Below, in pieces: positions 50,458 through 63,314 of a stretch of 64,000 nt of DNA (positions within the stretch are counted from its first letter, which is position 1; every line of letters starts with the position of its first letter). The position numbers and the translations under genes are program-made. The stretch lies in contig NW_026889778.1 of the NCBI RefSeq assembly GCF_033153115.1, forward strand, positions 2,728,001 through 2,792,000, given 5' to 3'. This stretch comes from Saccostrea echinata (taxonomy: Eukaryota). The notes beneath the pieces are model-generated. The model was not told where the DNA came from, made no database searches, and saw only the letters and a program-made list of their open reading frames with translations.

Positions 50458-50727
50458 CTTTGTTGTTTTGCTTCTTTTACACTTTCTATATATGCACCTT
50501 TCGGTTCTTAATCACCTCTGTTTCGTGCTAGTTGGCTAGTATCAGATGCAGACGCCATTTTCTTTCATTAAGAAGAAATAAATTTTAAACCAGAAATGAA
50601 TAATTCCGGAATTTATTGTATTAGTATGTTTCCAATGATCGATTATGAAAATTTATCATCGATCATCGGAATCGGTAGCATTTTTTTCGTCGACAGTCGA
50701 TGTTTTCTGATTATCGACACAACACTA
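49098..50727. mobile_element. hAT-like MITE with 8-bp TSD, interrupted by a HINE
   Basis: Ends cagtgatggg.../...cacaacacta, a perfect TSD tccattat at 49090-49097 and 50728-50735, and atcg-rich subterminal motifs at both ends. Confidence 0.8.
49259..50454 (+). mobile_element. HINE/Helentron-type element carrying an array of ~166-bp satellite units
   Basis: 5' ttagctcacctgagctgaaagc, (gtct/gtcc)n and 3' ctcaggtgagcgatgtggcccatgggcctcttgtt. Units ttcaagtttgttcaaatcatgacccctggggg start at ~49581, 49747, 49911 and 50187. Confidence 0.85.
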
Positions 50728-50799
50728 TCCATTATTAATGCATGGTATCTTAATAATTAAATGATCCACTGTTAAAAGGTATGCATGTACTTTATCTAG

Positions 50800-52900
50800 A
50801 ATCTAGTGAATCCCTGGTACATTGTTCAAAATTTAGTGAATCCCTGGTACAGTTTTTCCGGTACCCCTACAATCTAGTAAACCACTGGTACAGTTTTCCC
50901 GGTATCTTTAAATTTTAATAAATCACTCGTACCGTTTTCTCCATAGCTCTGTAATAATAGTAAACCACGAAACAGTACCTCTATATAGTCTACTGAACCA
51001 CTGGTACAGTTTTCACAATATCTAGGGTTTTAACAGTACCTCTGGAGTCTAATGAACCGCTGGTACAGTTTTCACAATATCCTAGGTTTTAACTGGACCT
51101 CTATAGTCTAGTCAACCACTGGCACAGTTTTCACAGTATCCTAGATTTTAACAGTACCTCTAGAATCTACTGAACCACTGGTACAGTTTTCACAATATCC
51201 TTGATCTTAACAGTACCTCTAAGAGTCTACTGAACCACTGACACAGTTTTCACAGTATCCTAGGTTTTAACAGTACCTCTATAGTCTACTGAACAAACTG
51301 GCATAGTTTTTCCAGTACCTTTAAAATTCTAATAAATCACTGGACCAGTTTTTCTCGTAGCTCTCTAATAATAGTAAGCCACGGTTCAGTTTTTTTCGTA
51401 GCTCTGTAATATAATAGTAAACCACGGTTCAGTTTTCTTGTAGCTCTGTAATATAATAGTAAACCACGGTTCAGTTTTCTTGTAGCTCTGTAATATAATA
51501 GTAAACCACGGTTCAGTTTTCTCATAGCTCTGTAATATAATAGTAAACCACGGTTCAGTTTTCTTGTAGCTCTGTAATATAATAGTAAACCACGGTTCAG
51601 TTTTCTCGTAGCTCTGTAATATAATAGTAAACCACGGTTCAGTTTTCTCGTAGCTCTGTAATAATAGTAAACCACGGTTCAGTTTTCTCATAGCTCTGTA
51701 ATATAATAGTAAACCACGGTTCAGTTTTCTTGTAGCTCTGTAATATAATAGTAAACCACGGTTCAGTTTTCTCATAGCTCTGTAATATAATAGTAAATCA
51801 CGGTTCAGTTTTCTCGTAGCTCTGTAATAATAGTAAACCACCGTTCAGTTTTCTTGTAGCTCTGTAATGTAATAGTCAACCACGGTTCAGTTTTCTTGTA
51901 GCTCTGTAATGTAATAGTCAACCACGGTTCAGTTTTTTTGTAGCTCTGTAATGTAATAGTCAACCACGGTTCAGTTTTTTTGTAGCTCTGTAATTATAGT
52001 AAACCACGGTTCAGTTTTCTCGTAGCTCTGTAATAATAGTAAACCACCGTTCAGTTTTTTTCGTAGCTCTGTAATATAATAGTAAACCACGTTTCAGTTT
52101 TCTTGTAGCTCTGTAATGTAATAGTCAACCACGGTTCAGTTTTTTTGTAGCTCTGTAATTATAGTAAACCACGGTTCAGTTTTCTCGTAGCTCTGTAATA
52201 TAATAGTAAACCACGGTTCAGTTTTCTTGTAGCTCTGTAATGTAATAGTCAACCACGGTTCAGTTTTTTTGTAGCTCTGTAATTATAGTAAACCACGGTT
52301 CAGTTTTTTTGTAGCTCTGTAATATAATAGTAAACCACGGTTCAGTTTTCTTGTAGCTCTGTAATGTAATAGTCAACCACGGTTCAGTTTTTTTTTAGCT
52401 CTGTAATTATAGTAAACCACGGTTCAGTTTTCTCGTAGGTCTGTAATAATAGTAAACCACGGTTCAGTTTTCTCGTAGCTGGTAACGTCAACCAGGGTAC
52501 AGTATATCTATATAGTCTACTGAACCACTGGTACAGTTTTTCACAATATCCTAGGTTTTATCAGTACCTCTATAGTCTACTGAACCACTGGTGCAGTTTT
52601 CTCGGTACCTTTAAATTTTAAATGAATCACTGGTACATTTTTGTCGTAGCTCTGTAATAATAGTAAACCACGGTACAGTTTTCTCGGTACCTCTAGAGTC
52701 TAATGATACAGTTTTCTATGTACCACCATAATCTATAGTGATTAATGAACCACTGGTACAGTTTTCAAGAACCTCTACAATCTAGTGAACCACTGGTACA
52801 GTTTTCATGGTATCTTTATAATTAAGTGAACCACTGGTAAAGTTTTATATGGTACCTTGTGAATCTAGTTAACCACTGGTATATTTTCAGGATACGTTTA
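50800..52900. repeat. Compound satellite: 36-39-bp core array (51352-52480) flanked by 60-bp and degenerate ~36-bp arrays
   Basis: Core gtagctctgtaatataatagtaaaccacggttcagttttct at ~29 copies; flanks share aaccactggtacagtttt. Confidence 0.9.
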
Positions 52901-53889
52901 GAATGTATAACCGCTTGTAAACTTTTTTTTGGCTTTATGCAGTCGGAAATTCCATGCTTATACTTAGAAAACTTTCCAGTCTGAAGTTTTTTCTGAAGTC
53001 CGAAGATACTGATTACAAGTGTACATCATCTGATAGACTTACCTGGTGGGAGCGATTTGTGGAAATATTATGTTTCAATCCTAAACTGTAGTGAAATTAT
53101 ATTAGAATTAATGCTCAATATTTTTAAGGCAAATTAACTTAACTTCAAAAGTTGCGACAAAACAATACGTTGTATATGTAGTGAAGATTAAATACTTGTA
53201 TAATCAGGGAGTTTTCTTGCATGGGCATTTCAAACTTTGCCCCACTTTACAATAGGACGATGGAGAGAAAACATCACATGAAACACGAATAATGATCCAT
53301 TGACACGACATATTTGTAAACACTTAAAGATCCCTGTGCATGATATGTTTATACGTGTTCTTGAATTGCTTAATAGGCAAAAAATATGTATCAGATACAT
53401 GTATTTAGTAATTTAAAAAAAACTTACATCAAAATGATTTGAATAAACAATATGACGAGGCGAAGTAATCAATACCAAGGCAAACAATTAGGCAACAAAC
53501 TTTACGTAGTACGGTCAATAACCTATGGCACTAAAATACCAGATGTGAAATTGTTCTCGGAACTCAGGATCAAACAGGAGTCAAACAAATATTCAAGCAG
53601 ATTCTGGGACTGGGCTCGACTGACAAAACGCGTGATACTCAGGTGACCATTCAGGCCCATGGGCCTCTTGTAAGAACAGAAAGCTATTTTTAAAAATAGC
53701 GAAGCATGTGCAATTACATGTAGTTCATCATCGTAAAAAATGCAGTGAAATATAAAATCTAGCCTTGAATGGCAGACCCAGTTAGTGGATGTCCTCCTGT
53801 GACCCCTTTCTACAGTAAACACGAGATAACAAGTCATTGTGTCGCAGAAATTGAAATTTAACATTGAGAAAAAAAAAATTAAATTGATT

Positions 53890-56800
53890 ATGGAGACGAA
53901 GGAGAGACGAGTAATGATTGCTATGGACGGCAGTAAACACTCGGAATATGCTTTTAACTGTAAGTAAAAACGCAACGGATCACTTAGCATTATTTCGACA
54001 ACAGTGTGTTGAAGGTCATATTGCTATTTTTATCTATTTTTAGCCACACGTGTGGACTATCTATTTCTGATGCATGTTTGTCATTCTATTCTGCGTATTA
54101 TGTTCACTTTCTTTTAAATTATTAATTAATCATTAATTTTAGGCATTTGAGACCGATTCTTTTTTCTGTATTATATCTATGTATTTTCACTATTTTGGCT
54201 AACCTGAGACTTTGCCTGTATGCGATGTGTATTAAGCATGTCTGTGTGTCAGGTGTAAATGTTTGACATTTCAAATTTGCCAGAGGCCGAAGTAAGGTCT
54301 CTGATCAAAGTTTATCTTGCATTAAATGTCTGTTTATGTCTGGTGTGGTTTTTTTTTCATATTTCTTTTTCATTCCATGATATATGCTCCCTGAAATCTT
54401 AAAAGTGCATAGATAGGGGAAAAACTTTTAAATTCATGGCAAAATTAATCAAATTAATATGCAAGCATCCCAGTGTATTGTAGAATATACAGTTTGTTAT
54501 AAATGATCATGACCCAATGCAGGTAACGTTTTTAATGGCAATACACAGCTTTCTGCTAGAACATTAAATCTAATTACATGTATTTACCCCGACATCAGGT
54601 CTCAGATTCACTGTGAATTGAAATCGTTAAAACATCATAGTTTTATTTTGATTTGACAAGAAGAGAAAGCATATGGTGTCCCATGGGTCGCTTGTTTCAG
54701 TTTTACATTGTGTTAGAATTAAATATTTTCCAGGGTACCTCACAACCTTCAGAATACCCCAAGATGTTGTCCTTCTTGTTCACTGTATACAAAGACATGA
54801 TCAGTTCCACGCAGGTAAAGATGACGTTTTTTTTGTTCAGTGTACATGTTATACAGAGACATGATCAATTCCAGGCAGGTAAAGATGACGTCTTTCTCAT
54901 TCACGCTAAATGTATAGAGAGACATGATCAATTCCACGCAGGTAACAATTGATTTTACCTGGAGAGGGACTTTCACAAAATAAAGATCTAACAAATTAAA
55001 TGATAGCGAATTCCTTTTGACGGCTTGTTTTTTAGACGATGAAGAGAGTATTCAATAAATAGTAACATTTTGTTTTGGTTTTTTTTTTAAATGACTTAAT
55101 TTTACTCATCATTCAGTATGGATAAAGATTATGAAATAAATAATCAATCAAGTATGGTAATCTCTGAAAACTTTGATTCCAGCTCTGGGTATGTCTGACG
55201 TGAAAACGGTTTGTGATATCCTGGCTCAAGAAGAAAAGGAAGAGGAGAGTCTGAAAAAACACCTGGAGCAAAAACTAACGGAGAATAAGGTATACTCAGA
55301 ATAAGGTATACTCAGAATAAGGTGTACACAGAATAAGGTATACACAGAATAAGGTATATAGAATAAGGTATACACAGAATAAAGTATACACAGAAGGTAT
55401 ACACAAAATAAGGTATACAGAATAAGGACTTATTTAAGCATGCACAGAATAAGGTACACACAGAATAAAGTATAGGGTACACACAGAATAAGGTATACAG
55501 AAAAAGGACTATTAAGGTACACACAGAATAAGGTACTAGTATACTGAGAATAAGGCATGCACAGAATAAGGCACACACAGAATAAGGTATACAGAATAAG
55601 GAATGATTAAGGTACACACAGAATAAGGTATACTGAGAATAAGGCATGCGCAGAATAAGGTACACACAGAATAAGGTATAGGGTATACACAGAATGAGGT
55701 ATACACAGAAAAAGGTACACACAGAATGAGGTATACACAGAATGGGGTACACACAGAATGAGGTATACAAAATAAGGACTATTAAGGTATTCACATAATA
55801 AGGTATATAGAATAAGGTATATAGAATAAGGGCTTGTTAAGGTTTACACAGAATAAAGTATACACAGAATAGGGTATACACAAAATATGGTATACTCAGA
55901 ATAAAGTATACTGAGAATTAGGTATACACAGAATAAGGTATGCAGAGAAAAATGTATACACAGAATAAGGAATACAGAGAATAAGGAATACACAGAATAA
56001 GGTATAGGGTATACACAAAATAAGGTATACAACAAATAAAGTATACACAGAACAAGATATACACAGAAAAAGGTATAGGGTATACACAGAACAAGAATAA
56101 GGTATGCAGAACAAGGTATACACAGAATAACTTTTACACAGAATAAGGTATACACAGAATGAGGTATAGGGTATACACAGAATAAGGTATACACAGAATA
56201 AAGTTAGCAGAGAGTGAAGTATACACAGAATAAGGTATAGGGTATACATAGAATAACGTATACACCTACAGGTAACGTGATACACTCTAATACATAATAG
56301 AAATATCATGTGATAAACAAGATAAACATTAAAACACAATATGATATACATTGATACATTGAAAAAATATACATTGATACATAAGATAAACATCAACACT
56401 CAATCAGTAAACATTGTTTCACAAAAAAATATACATTGATACAGAAGATAAAAACACTGATACAAAAACGGGTAATCACTGACACACAGAAAGCATACAC
56501 TGATACACAGGATAAACATTGAAACAAAACACAGTAAACACTGATACATAAAAAATATATATTGATATAGAAGATAAACATTGATACACAACACAATAAA
56601 CACTGATACACAAAAAATATATACAATGATACACAAGATAGACATCAATATACAACACAATAAACATTGATTCACAAAAAATATACACTGATGCACAGAA
56701 AATAAACATTGATACACAAGAAAGACACTGATTCACAACACACTAAGGGTGAGAACAACAGGGAATATGAAGTTGTTTGGCCCTGTCATTTGACTGTCTA

Positions 56801-59800
56801 GAACCAATCAGAGAAAACATTGTATAGAATAATTATAAGAAGGTATAATAAATATTGTTACACAAGAGGATATACACTGATACACAGGAAATATAAGTGA
56901 TACACCAAGTTATTTACAATGATACACAACAAGTCATACACAATGATACACAGAAAATATAAGTGACACACCAAGTTATTTATACTGATACACAACAATT
57001 CATACACAATGATGCACAGAAAATATAAGTGATACACCAAGTTATTTACAATGGTACACAACAAGTCATACACAATGATACACAGAAAATATAAGTGATA
57101 CTCCAAGTTATTTATACTGATACACAACAAGTCATACACAATGATACACAGAAAATATACGTGATACACCAAGTTATTTATACTGATACACAACAAGTCA
57201 TACACTGATATACAGAAAATATAAGTGATACACAAAGTTATTTATACTGATACACAGCAAGTCATACACTGATATACAGAAAATATAAGTGATACACAAA
57301 GTATTTTATACTGATACACAGCAAGTCATACACAATGATACACAGAAAATATAAGTGATACTCCTAGTTATTTACAATGATACACAACAAGTCATACACA
57401 ATGATACACAGAAAATATAAGTGATACTCCAAGTTATTTACAATGATACACAACAAGTCATACACAATGATACACAGAAAATATAAGTGATACACCAAGT
57501 GATTTATACTGATACACAGCAAGTCATACACAATGAAATACAGAAAATATAAGTGATACTCCAAGTGATTTATACTGATACACAACAAGTCATACACAAT
57601 GAAACACAGAAAATATAAGTTATACTCCAAGTTATTCATACTGATACACAACAAGTCATACACTGAAACACAGAAAATATAAGTGATACTCCAAGTTATT
57701 TATACTGATACACAACAAGTCATACATTGATATACAGAAAATATAAGTGATACACCAAGTTATTTATACTGATACACAACAAGTCATACACTGATACGCA
57801 GAAAATATGTGATACTCCAAGTTATTTATACTGATACACAACAAGTCATACACTGAAACACAGAAAATATCAGTGATACACCAAGTTATTTACAATGATA
57901 TACAACAAGTCATACACAATGATACACAGAAAATATAAGTGATACTCCAAGTTATTTACAATGATATACAACAAGTCATACACAATGATACACAGAAAAT
58001 ATAAGTGATACTCCAAATTATTTACAATGATACACAACAAGTCATAAATTATGATACACAGAAAATATAAGTGATACTCCAAGTTATTTATACTGATACA
58101 TAACAAGTCATACACTGAAACGCAGAAAATATAAGTGATACACAAAGTTATTTATACTGATACACAGCAAGTCATACACTGAAACACAGAAAATATAAGT
58201 GATACACAAAGTTATTTATACTGATACACAGCAAGTCATACACTGAAACAGAAAATATTAGTGATACACCAAGTTATTTATACTGATACAAAGCAAGTCA
58301 TACACTGATACACAGAAAAATATAAGTGATACTCCAAGTTATTTACAATGATGCACAACAAGTCATACACAATGAAACACAGAAAATATAAGTGTTACAC
58401 CAAGTTATTTACAATGATACATAACAAGTCATATACACTGATACACAGAAAATATAAGTGATACTCCAAGTTATTTATACTGATACACAATAAGTCATAC
58501 ACTGATATACAGAAAATATAAGTGATACACCAAGTTATTTATACTGATACACAACAAGTCATACACTGATATACAGAAAATATAAGTGATACACAAAGTT
58601 ATTTATACTGATACACAGCAAGTGATACACTGATACATATAAAATACATGGTTACTGTCTTGAAATATGAGTGATATTTGGGCGAGGGTAAGAAAACGTG
58701 ATAGAGGGCGAGGCTTGCCGAGCCCTCCATCACGTTTTCGACCCGAGCCCAAATATTGCTTATATTTCAAGACAGTCTCCATGTATTTTGTTTATCCTGC
58801 AACACATTTATACATGACCTCCAAAACGAACTGTTTTCAACCGATTTAGGTACATATCTGCAGTTGAAACTAAGACGCCATGGCGTAAACATTGCAATAT
58901 TCATGACGTCACAATGCTTTTAGAACGTTGGAATACATGCACGAGGCTTTATTAGGGCATTGACCGAATAAAGCTTTAGTTTATTAGGTTACCTTTATTA
59001 GGTCAATACAAGGGGTAGTTGCAGGACAAACAGAAAATATAAGTGATACACCAAGTTATACATTCATACACCAGAAAATAAAAACTGTAGTAGGCAATAT
59101 TTAGTACACATTTAGGAAACATGGTGTACATTGATATGCAACAAGACTATATATACTCGGTGTAATAAATTTAATGACGAAAACAAAATTAAACAGACAC
59201 TGCAAATAACAAGGTGTACATTGAAACTGAAGAACACAATTTTTGCGGTGACTTATTTTTGCGATATAGATATTTGATATTTATTACTGAGAAAAAAATT
59301 CACTAACTTTGCCTATTGTTGTATGGTCCTTAATATTACTTTATACGTATAGTCGAGAATTAATTTTTCGTGAACAGATGGTCTCCTGTATACATATGGA
59401 GAAATGATGTACAGTTTATTCATGAGGTTGCTCCCACGTGATTTACTTCTCATTAATATTCATAAGATCCTGCATAAACTCAAAATATTCCATTTCCTTA
59501 TTTTTTTTATATTAAAACCTACAAACACAGTTTGTTTTGTTTTTTAAGCCTCCGTCATAGTTATTTGGGCAGAATTTTGGGTTATTAACAGTTGACAACT
59601 CAAGAAACCATCTTTTTTTTTTTTGGTAATAAGTAGGTCACACTGATGCAAGAAATTACCGTTTCAAATTAAAAAGGTGGTCGTAATTCTTCGTGAAATG
59701 ATAAATCATCTGTATTTTATAAAAATAGGCATTCGTCTGCACCTATTAATCGGCGGAAGAACTCTGTCAACTTGCAATAAACATCATACTCTCGCTTCGG

Positions 59801-60388
59801 AATTTCAAATCAAAAAGGCGGTCGCAACTTTCACTTTGGCATCAACAATATTGTCATTTCCGGTAAAAGATATTAAGAAAAATCTAAACATCGGCGGAAG
59901 AACTTTATCCGAAATAGTTAGTATATAAAAAATCTGCGGGTTTTTGTTCGTTCTCTATATAAACTTAGTACAATATGGCCGATATGTAAATGAGAAGAAT
60001 GAACACCATTTCTCCATATGAATTACTCAGAAATGAGGTTCTCGCGAATATAAAGAGATTTATAGTAGACACTGAAAAACTATCGCCTGATACTTTTTTG
60101 TTCAATATATCACCATTATCACTGGTTTTATATACCCTCCGATGTCGTTCCTTTTTTCAGTTAACGGGATCAGTTAAAACGGGAGTCGGTAAGCCAGGTG
60201 AGCTAGTGGTGTCTACTGCCCAGCGGGAGAACGCTGACGTCATCATCTGTGGTTGTCGTGGGATGGGCAAGGTCCGGTGGACCCTGACCGGGACGGTCAG
60301 TGATTATATCGTCCATCACTCTCACGTCCCTGTCGTCGTGTGTCGTCACCCGAGTCACGTGCAGGAGATAATAGGGGACCGGAAATGA
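53890..60388 (+). CDS. Universal stress protein A-like (USP domain), paralogue 2, ~161 aa
   Basis: Exons 53890-53959, 54734-54814, 55183-55289 and 60161-60388 total 486 nt, with the same intron phases as paralogue 1. RVMIAMDGSKHSEYAFNW, VLLVHCI, GKPGELVV..ADVIICGCRGMGKVRWTLTGTVSDYIVHHSHVPVVV. Confidence 0.9.
54770..54946 (+). repeat. 63/64-bp tandem copies of the USP2 exon-2 end plus donor
   Basis: agacatgatcagttccacgcag|gtaa occurs 3 times (exon ends at 54814, 54878, 54941). Confidence 0.85.
55281..56260 (+). repeat. ~15-17-bp degenerate array (cagaataaggtatacac)n starting at the USP2 exon-3 donor
   Basis: The first unit is the junction gagaataag|gtatac itself. Confidence 0.9.
56870..58640. 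repeat. 65-66-bp satellite built from three tgatacac subunits
   Basis: Unit ctgatacacaacaagtcatacacaatgatacacagaaaatataagtgatacaccaagttatttata, ~26 copies. Confidence 0.9.
58647..58783. mobile_element. Palindromic Crypton-like non-autonomous element
   Basis: catgg..actgtcttgaaatat..atatttgggc..aaaacgtgat cgaggcttgccgag atcacgtttt..gcccaaatat..atatttcaagacagt..ccatg. Confidence 0.55.
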
Positions 60389-61379
60389 GAGACAGATTAC
60401 AAACCACGTGATTCTAGTCACTAATTTTAGCTTTATCTAATGTAATATATGTAGAGGTGATGGTGTATTTTATTAATATACTAGAAGTGGATCAATTTTG
60501 AAGCTTCATTGTAACTAATAATGTAATATTGTAGGTAAAATAAACCAATAACCCTGAATATATTGTGAATATTATATATAGATGTAACACTGTCGTTTTT
60601 AACTATTATCAAATGAATTATGCTTACAATTTTCGTGTTTTTATATATATACAAAGAAAAAAAGCAAAGTTTTAGTCAGAGACATTTACACTTGCTTCCA
60701 TTATCCTCTTTCCGTCATATATGAATTTTTAAAAGGAATTTGAATAGAATACTACATGTAGTATATAATAATGCAAGTCTTATTTAATAGATGCAGAAAA
60801 AAGCATGATCCCTGACTCACGTTCTCAGCTCCATAACTATAAATCATTATAAAGTTCTGAAGAATCATGCATCTTCTGGGTCACTTTCGCGGATTTGATG
60901 GGCTTCTCTAACCCCAAAATTACAACTGATGGAATTCCTCTTACAAAACAAAAGTCTCGCTATGTATAGACTATAATACATCTTTCATACCGAGACTTTC
61001 GCCCCTGAAACAACATCATGCACAATAACCTCTCTTTTCCAACCGTCCACCAAAATTGGTATCAGAAGTAAAAAAAAAAATAAAGGAATGTTTCTGTTGA
61101 TTAACATAAATTAACTGAAAGGTACAAGATGCATAGATATTTATATATTAAGTAGTAATACTCACAAACAAATGTAAGTGCAATGGAACAAAGAATTATA
61201 GATAAACATGTACATATACTTGAATGGTTACGGTAGAACCATCCATTTACACGAGCCTTGATATCATATATAATACACTGAAAACTCATATTAGATTCTT
61301 CAGCAAAGTGTTATTATTAACCTTACTAAATTAATTACCACTAAAGTTCACAGAGACAAACAGTCGTCTTTATCTCGTG

Positions 61380-62884
61380 TCACTGGATTTCCAGTATTTT
61401 GAGGATGTGGGGGTCCTTTTTGATCCCCTGTACGAATTCCTCAACGGACAAGTTGTCATCACAGTTTATGTCCATCTGGTTAAATATGGCGTCCGTTCGT
61501 TCTTCCGGGTCATCTCTCTTGGGGTCAGCCGACAGCGCGCACTCCACTTTGTACATGGCCTTAATTAATTAAAGAGAAAGGTAGATTTACTAATTACACT
61601 TCCCTTTTTGATTAGCGCTTCACAATTTTTTTTGTTAACAGAGATCTCAAAGGCAAAAACATTGCGAGACGGAGACACGTTGTCCATGAATCGCCTAATT
61701 AAAGTTAATATGAGAATACAAAATATAGTGCAATAAATAAGATTTTAATTTATTAAAAATGCATTTTCAGACTATGGACTTGTGTCAAACGGTATATCTC
61801 TCTCTATGGAAAATTCTGTCTGGAAATTATTATCGAAGGTCAGAAGTGAAAAGAACTTTTCTACATTAAATTTTCTCTGTATGCATGGTAGGCTAAAAAT
61901 TCAAGGAAAAACATAAGGAGTCGGATTAGGGATTGAACACAAACAATAATATTTCCGGAAGTAGTAGCTTTTTTTCAGTGAGACAGGCACTTTAACTCTG
62001 TTTAACCATGAATTCATAAAGACACATGCGTATTGGCATTTAAATCTTGTGATATAAGCCTTGAATAAATGAACTTCAAATATTTACATAAAAGATACAA
62101 ATATGTTATCATGTAAGTGTACTTTTAATACTACTATTTATATATAAATGGTCAGTGCTCCATGTTTTTGGGGAAGAGAAAAATCTATATTTTTACTTAT
62201 ATTGTAAGGATATACTTTAGATAACACGGATCGGACCATTCAATTATATCGAGAAATAATATTATAAATAGAAAATAAAAGAGAATGTTCAGTTTTGTCG
62301 AATTTATGCCCATATTTATTCTTTAAGGATTCAAATCTTTATCATGCTAACTTAAAATCAGAAAGTAGTAACTAGTAATCTGCTGAAAATTTAGAATTTA
62401 TGAAGTAAAGCAGAAAAAACCTTAAAAGTTATATATGTTTATACATAGTTACATTTAAGATCACGATAAAATGATGTACAAACTTAAGGTAAATCTTTAT
62501 ACATACAGAAAGGACCTCCTTCATTTCATCTCTAGTGATAAATCCATTCCCATTAATGTCGTAAATCTGGAAGCTAAAGGACAGTTTTTCATCCACACTT
62601 CCTCTGAGCACCACACTGAACCCACACACAAACTCCCGGAAGTCCAGCAAACCGTCATCATTTTGGTCAAAAACACGGAACACGTGCTTGGCGAACTCCG
62701 AGGCGTCCCCTAGCGGAAAGAAAGTCGAGTATGCTTTCTTAAACTCGTCCACTGTCAACGCTCCTTTCGGCCAGCTGCTCTTGAATTCTTTGTACCACTC
62801 GTTGAGTTCATCCACAGTAAAATTAGTCTGATCTCTCAGCTCAGCTAAGGTTTTAGGAGCCAATTTACTATGACGTTGTCCCAT
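61380..62884 (-). CDS. Neuronal calcium sensor family protein (neurocalcin/hippocalcin-like), ~185 aa
   Basis: Exons 62884-62507 and 61559-61380. N-myristoylation motif MGQRHSK; EF loops DQNDDGLLDFRE, DINGNGFITRDE and DINCDDNLSVEE; motifs FFPLGDASEFAKHVFRVFD and PEERTDAIFNQMD. Confidence 0.92.
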
Positions 62885-63144
62885 TTTCTTTAAAATGCGG
62901 TGTACTACTACCACCAAATTCAGCTCAAAACAAGCTTTTATCATTTAGTTTATACATGCTTGATTGAACTTTTATAAACGTATTTTTGAAATACAATGCA
63001 TCCTTGTTAATATCTAATTAGACAATATCGATTTAACGCTCAACAAACTTCCAAATAAGTTGGTCAAACGGTGATTTAAATACATAAAAAAAAGTCGTGT
63101 TATATCGGTAAATCTGTATACATCTATATATTAAGACCAAAAAC

Positions 63145-63314
63145 AATGTACACATGTGGAAAAACATCACAAATATAAGAACACTCGCACTGACTTGATA
63201 AAGGGTCAGTTCATATTATAACATGAGTTAATGTACACATGTGGAAAAACATCACAAATATAAGAACACTCGCACTGACTTGATAAAGGGTCAGTTCATA
63301 TTATAACATGAGTT
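63145..63314. repeat. Perfect 85-bp tandem duplication upstream of the NCS gene
   Basis: aatgtacacatgtggaaaaac...tataacatgagtt occurs twice (63145, 63230). Confidence 0.9.

Noticed and set aside
51337-52480. CRISPR-like array or repetitive ORFs (YYRATRKLNRGLLL)
   Set aside because: Head-to-tail units with no unique spacers and no cas genes in a eukaryotic context; the ORFs arise from the 39-bp period.
55312-58145. Many Cys/Tyr/Leu-rich minus-strand ORFs
   Set aside because: They are translations of intronic satellites open in several frames.
40378-60388. USP genes as bacterial contamination or recent HGT
   Set aside because: Both have three spliceosomal introns in identical phases with host repeats inside, and animal USPs are known.
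62885-62944. N-terminal extension of the NCS ORF
   Set aside because: The family starts at the myristoylated MG (62884), so the extension is probably UTR or intron.
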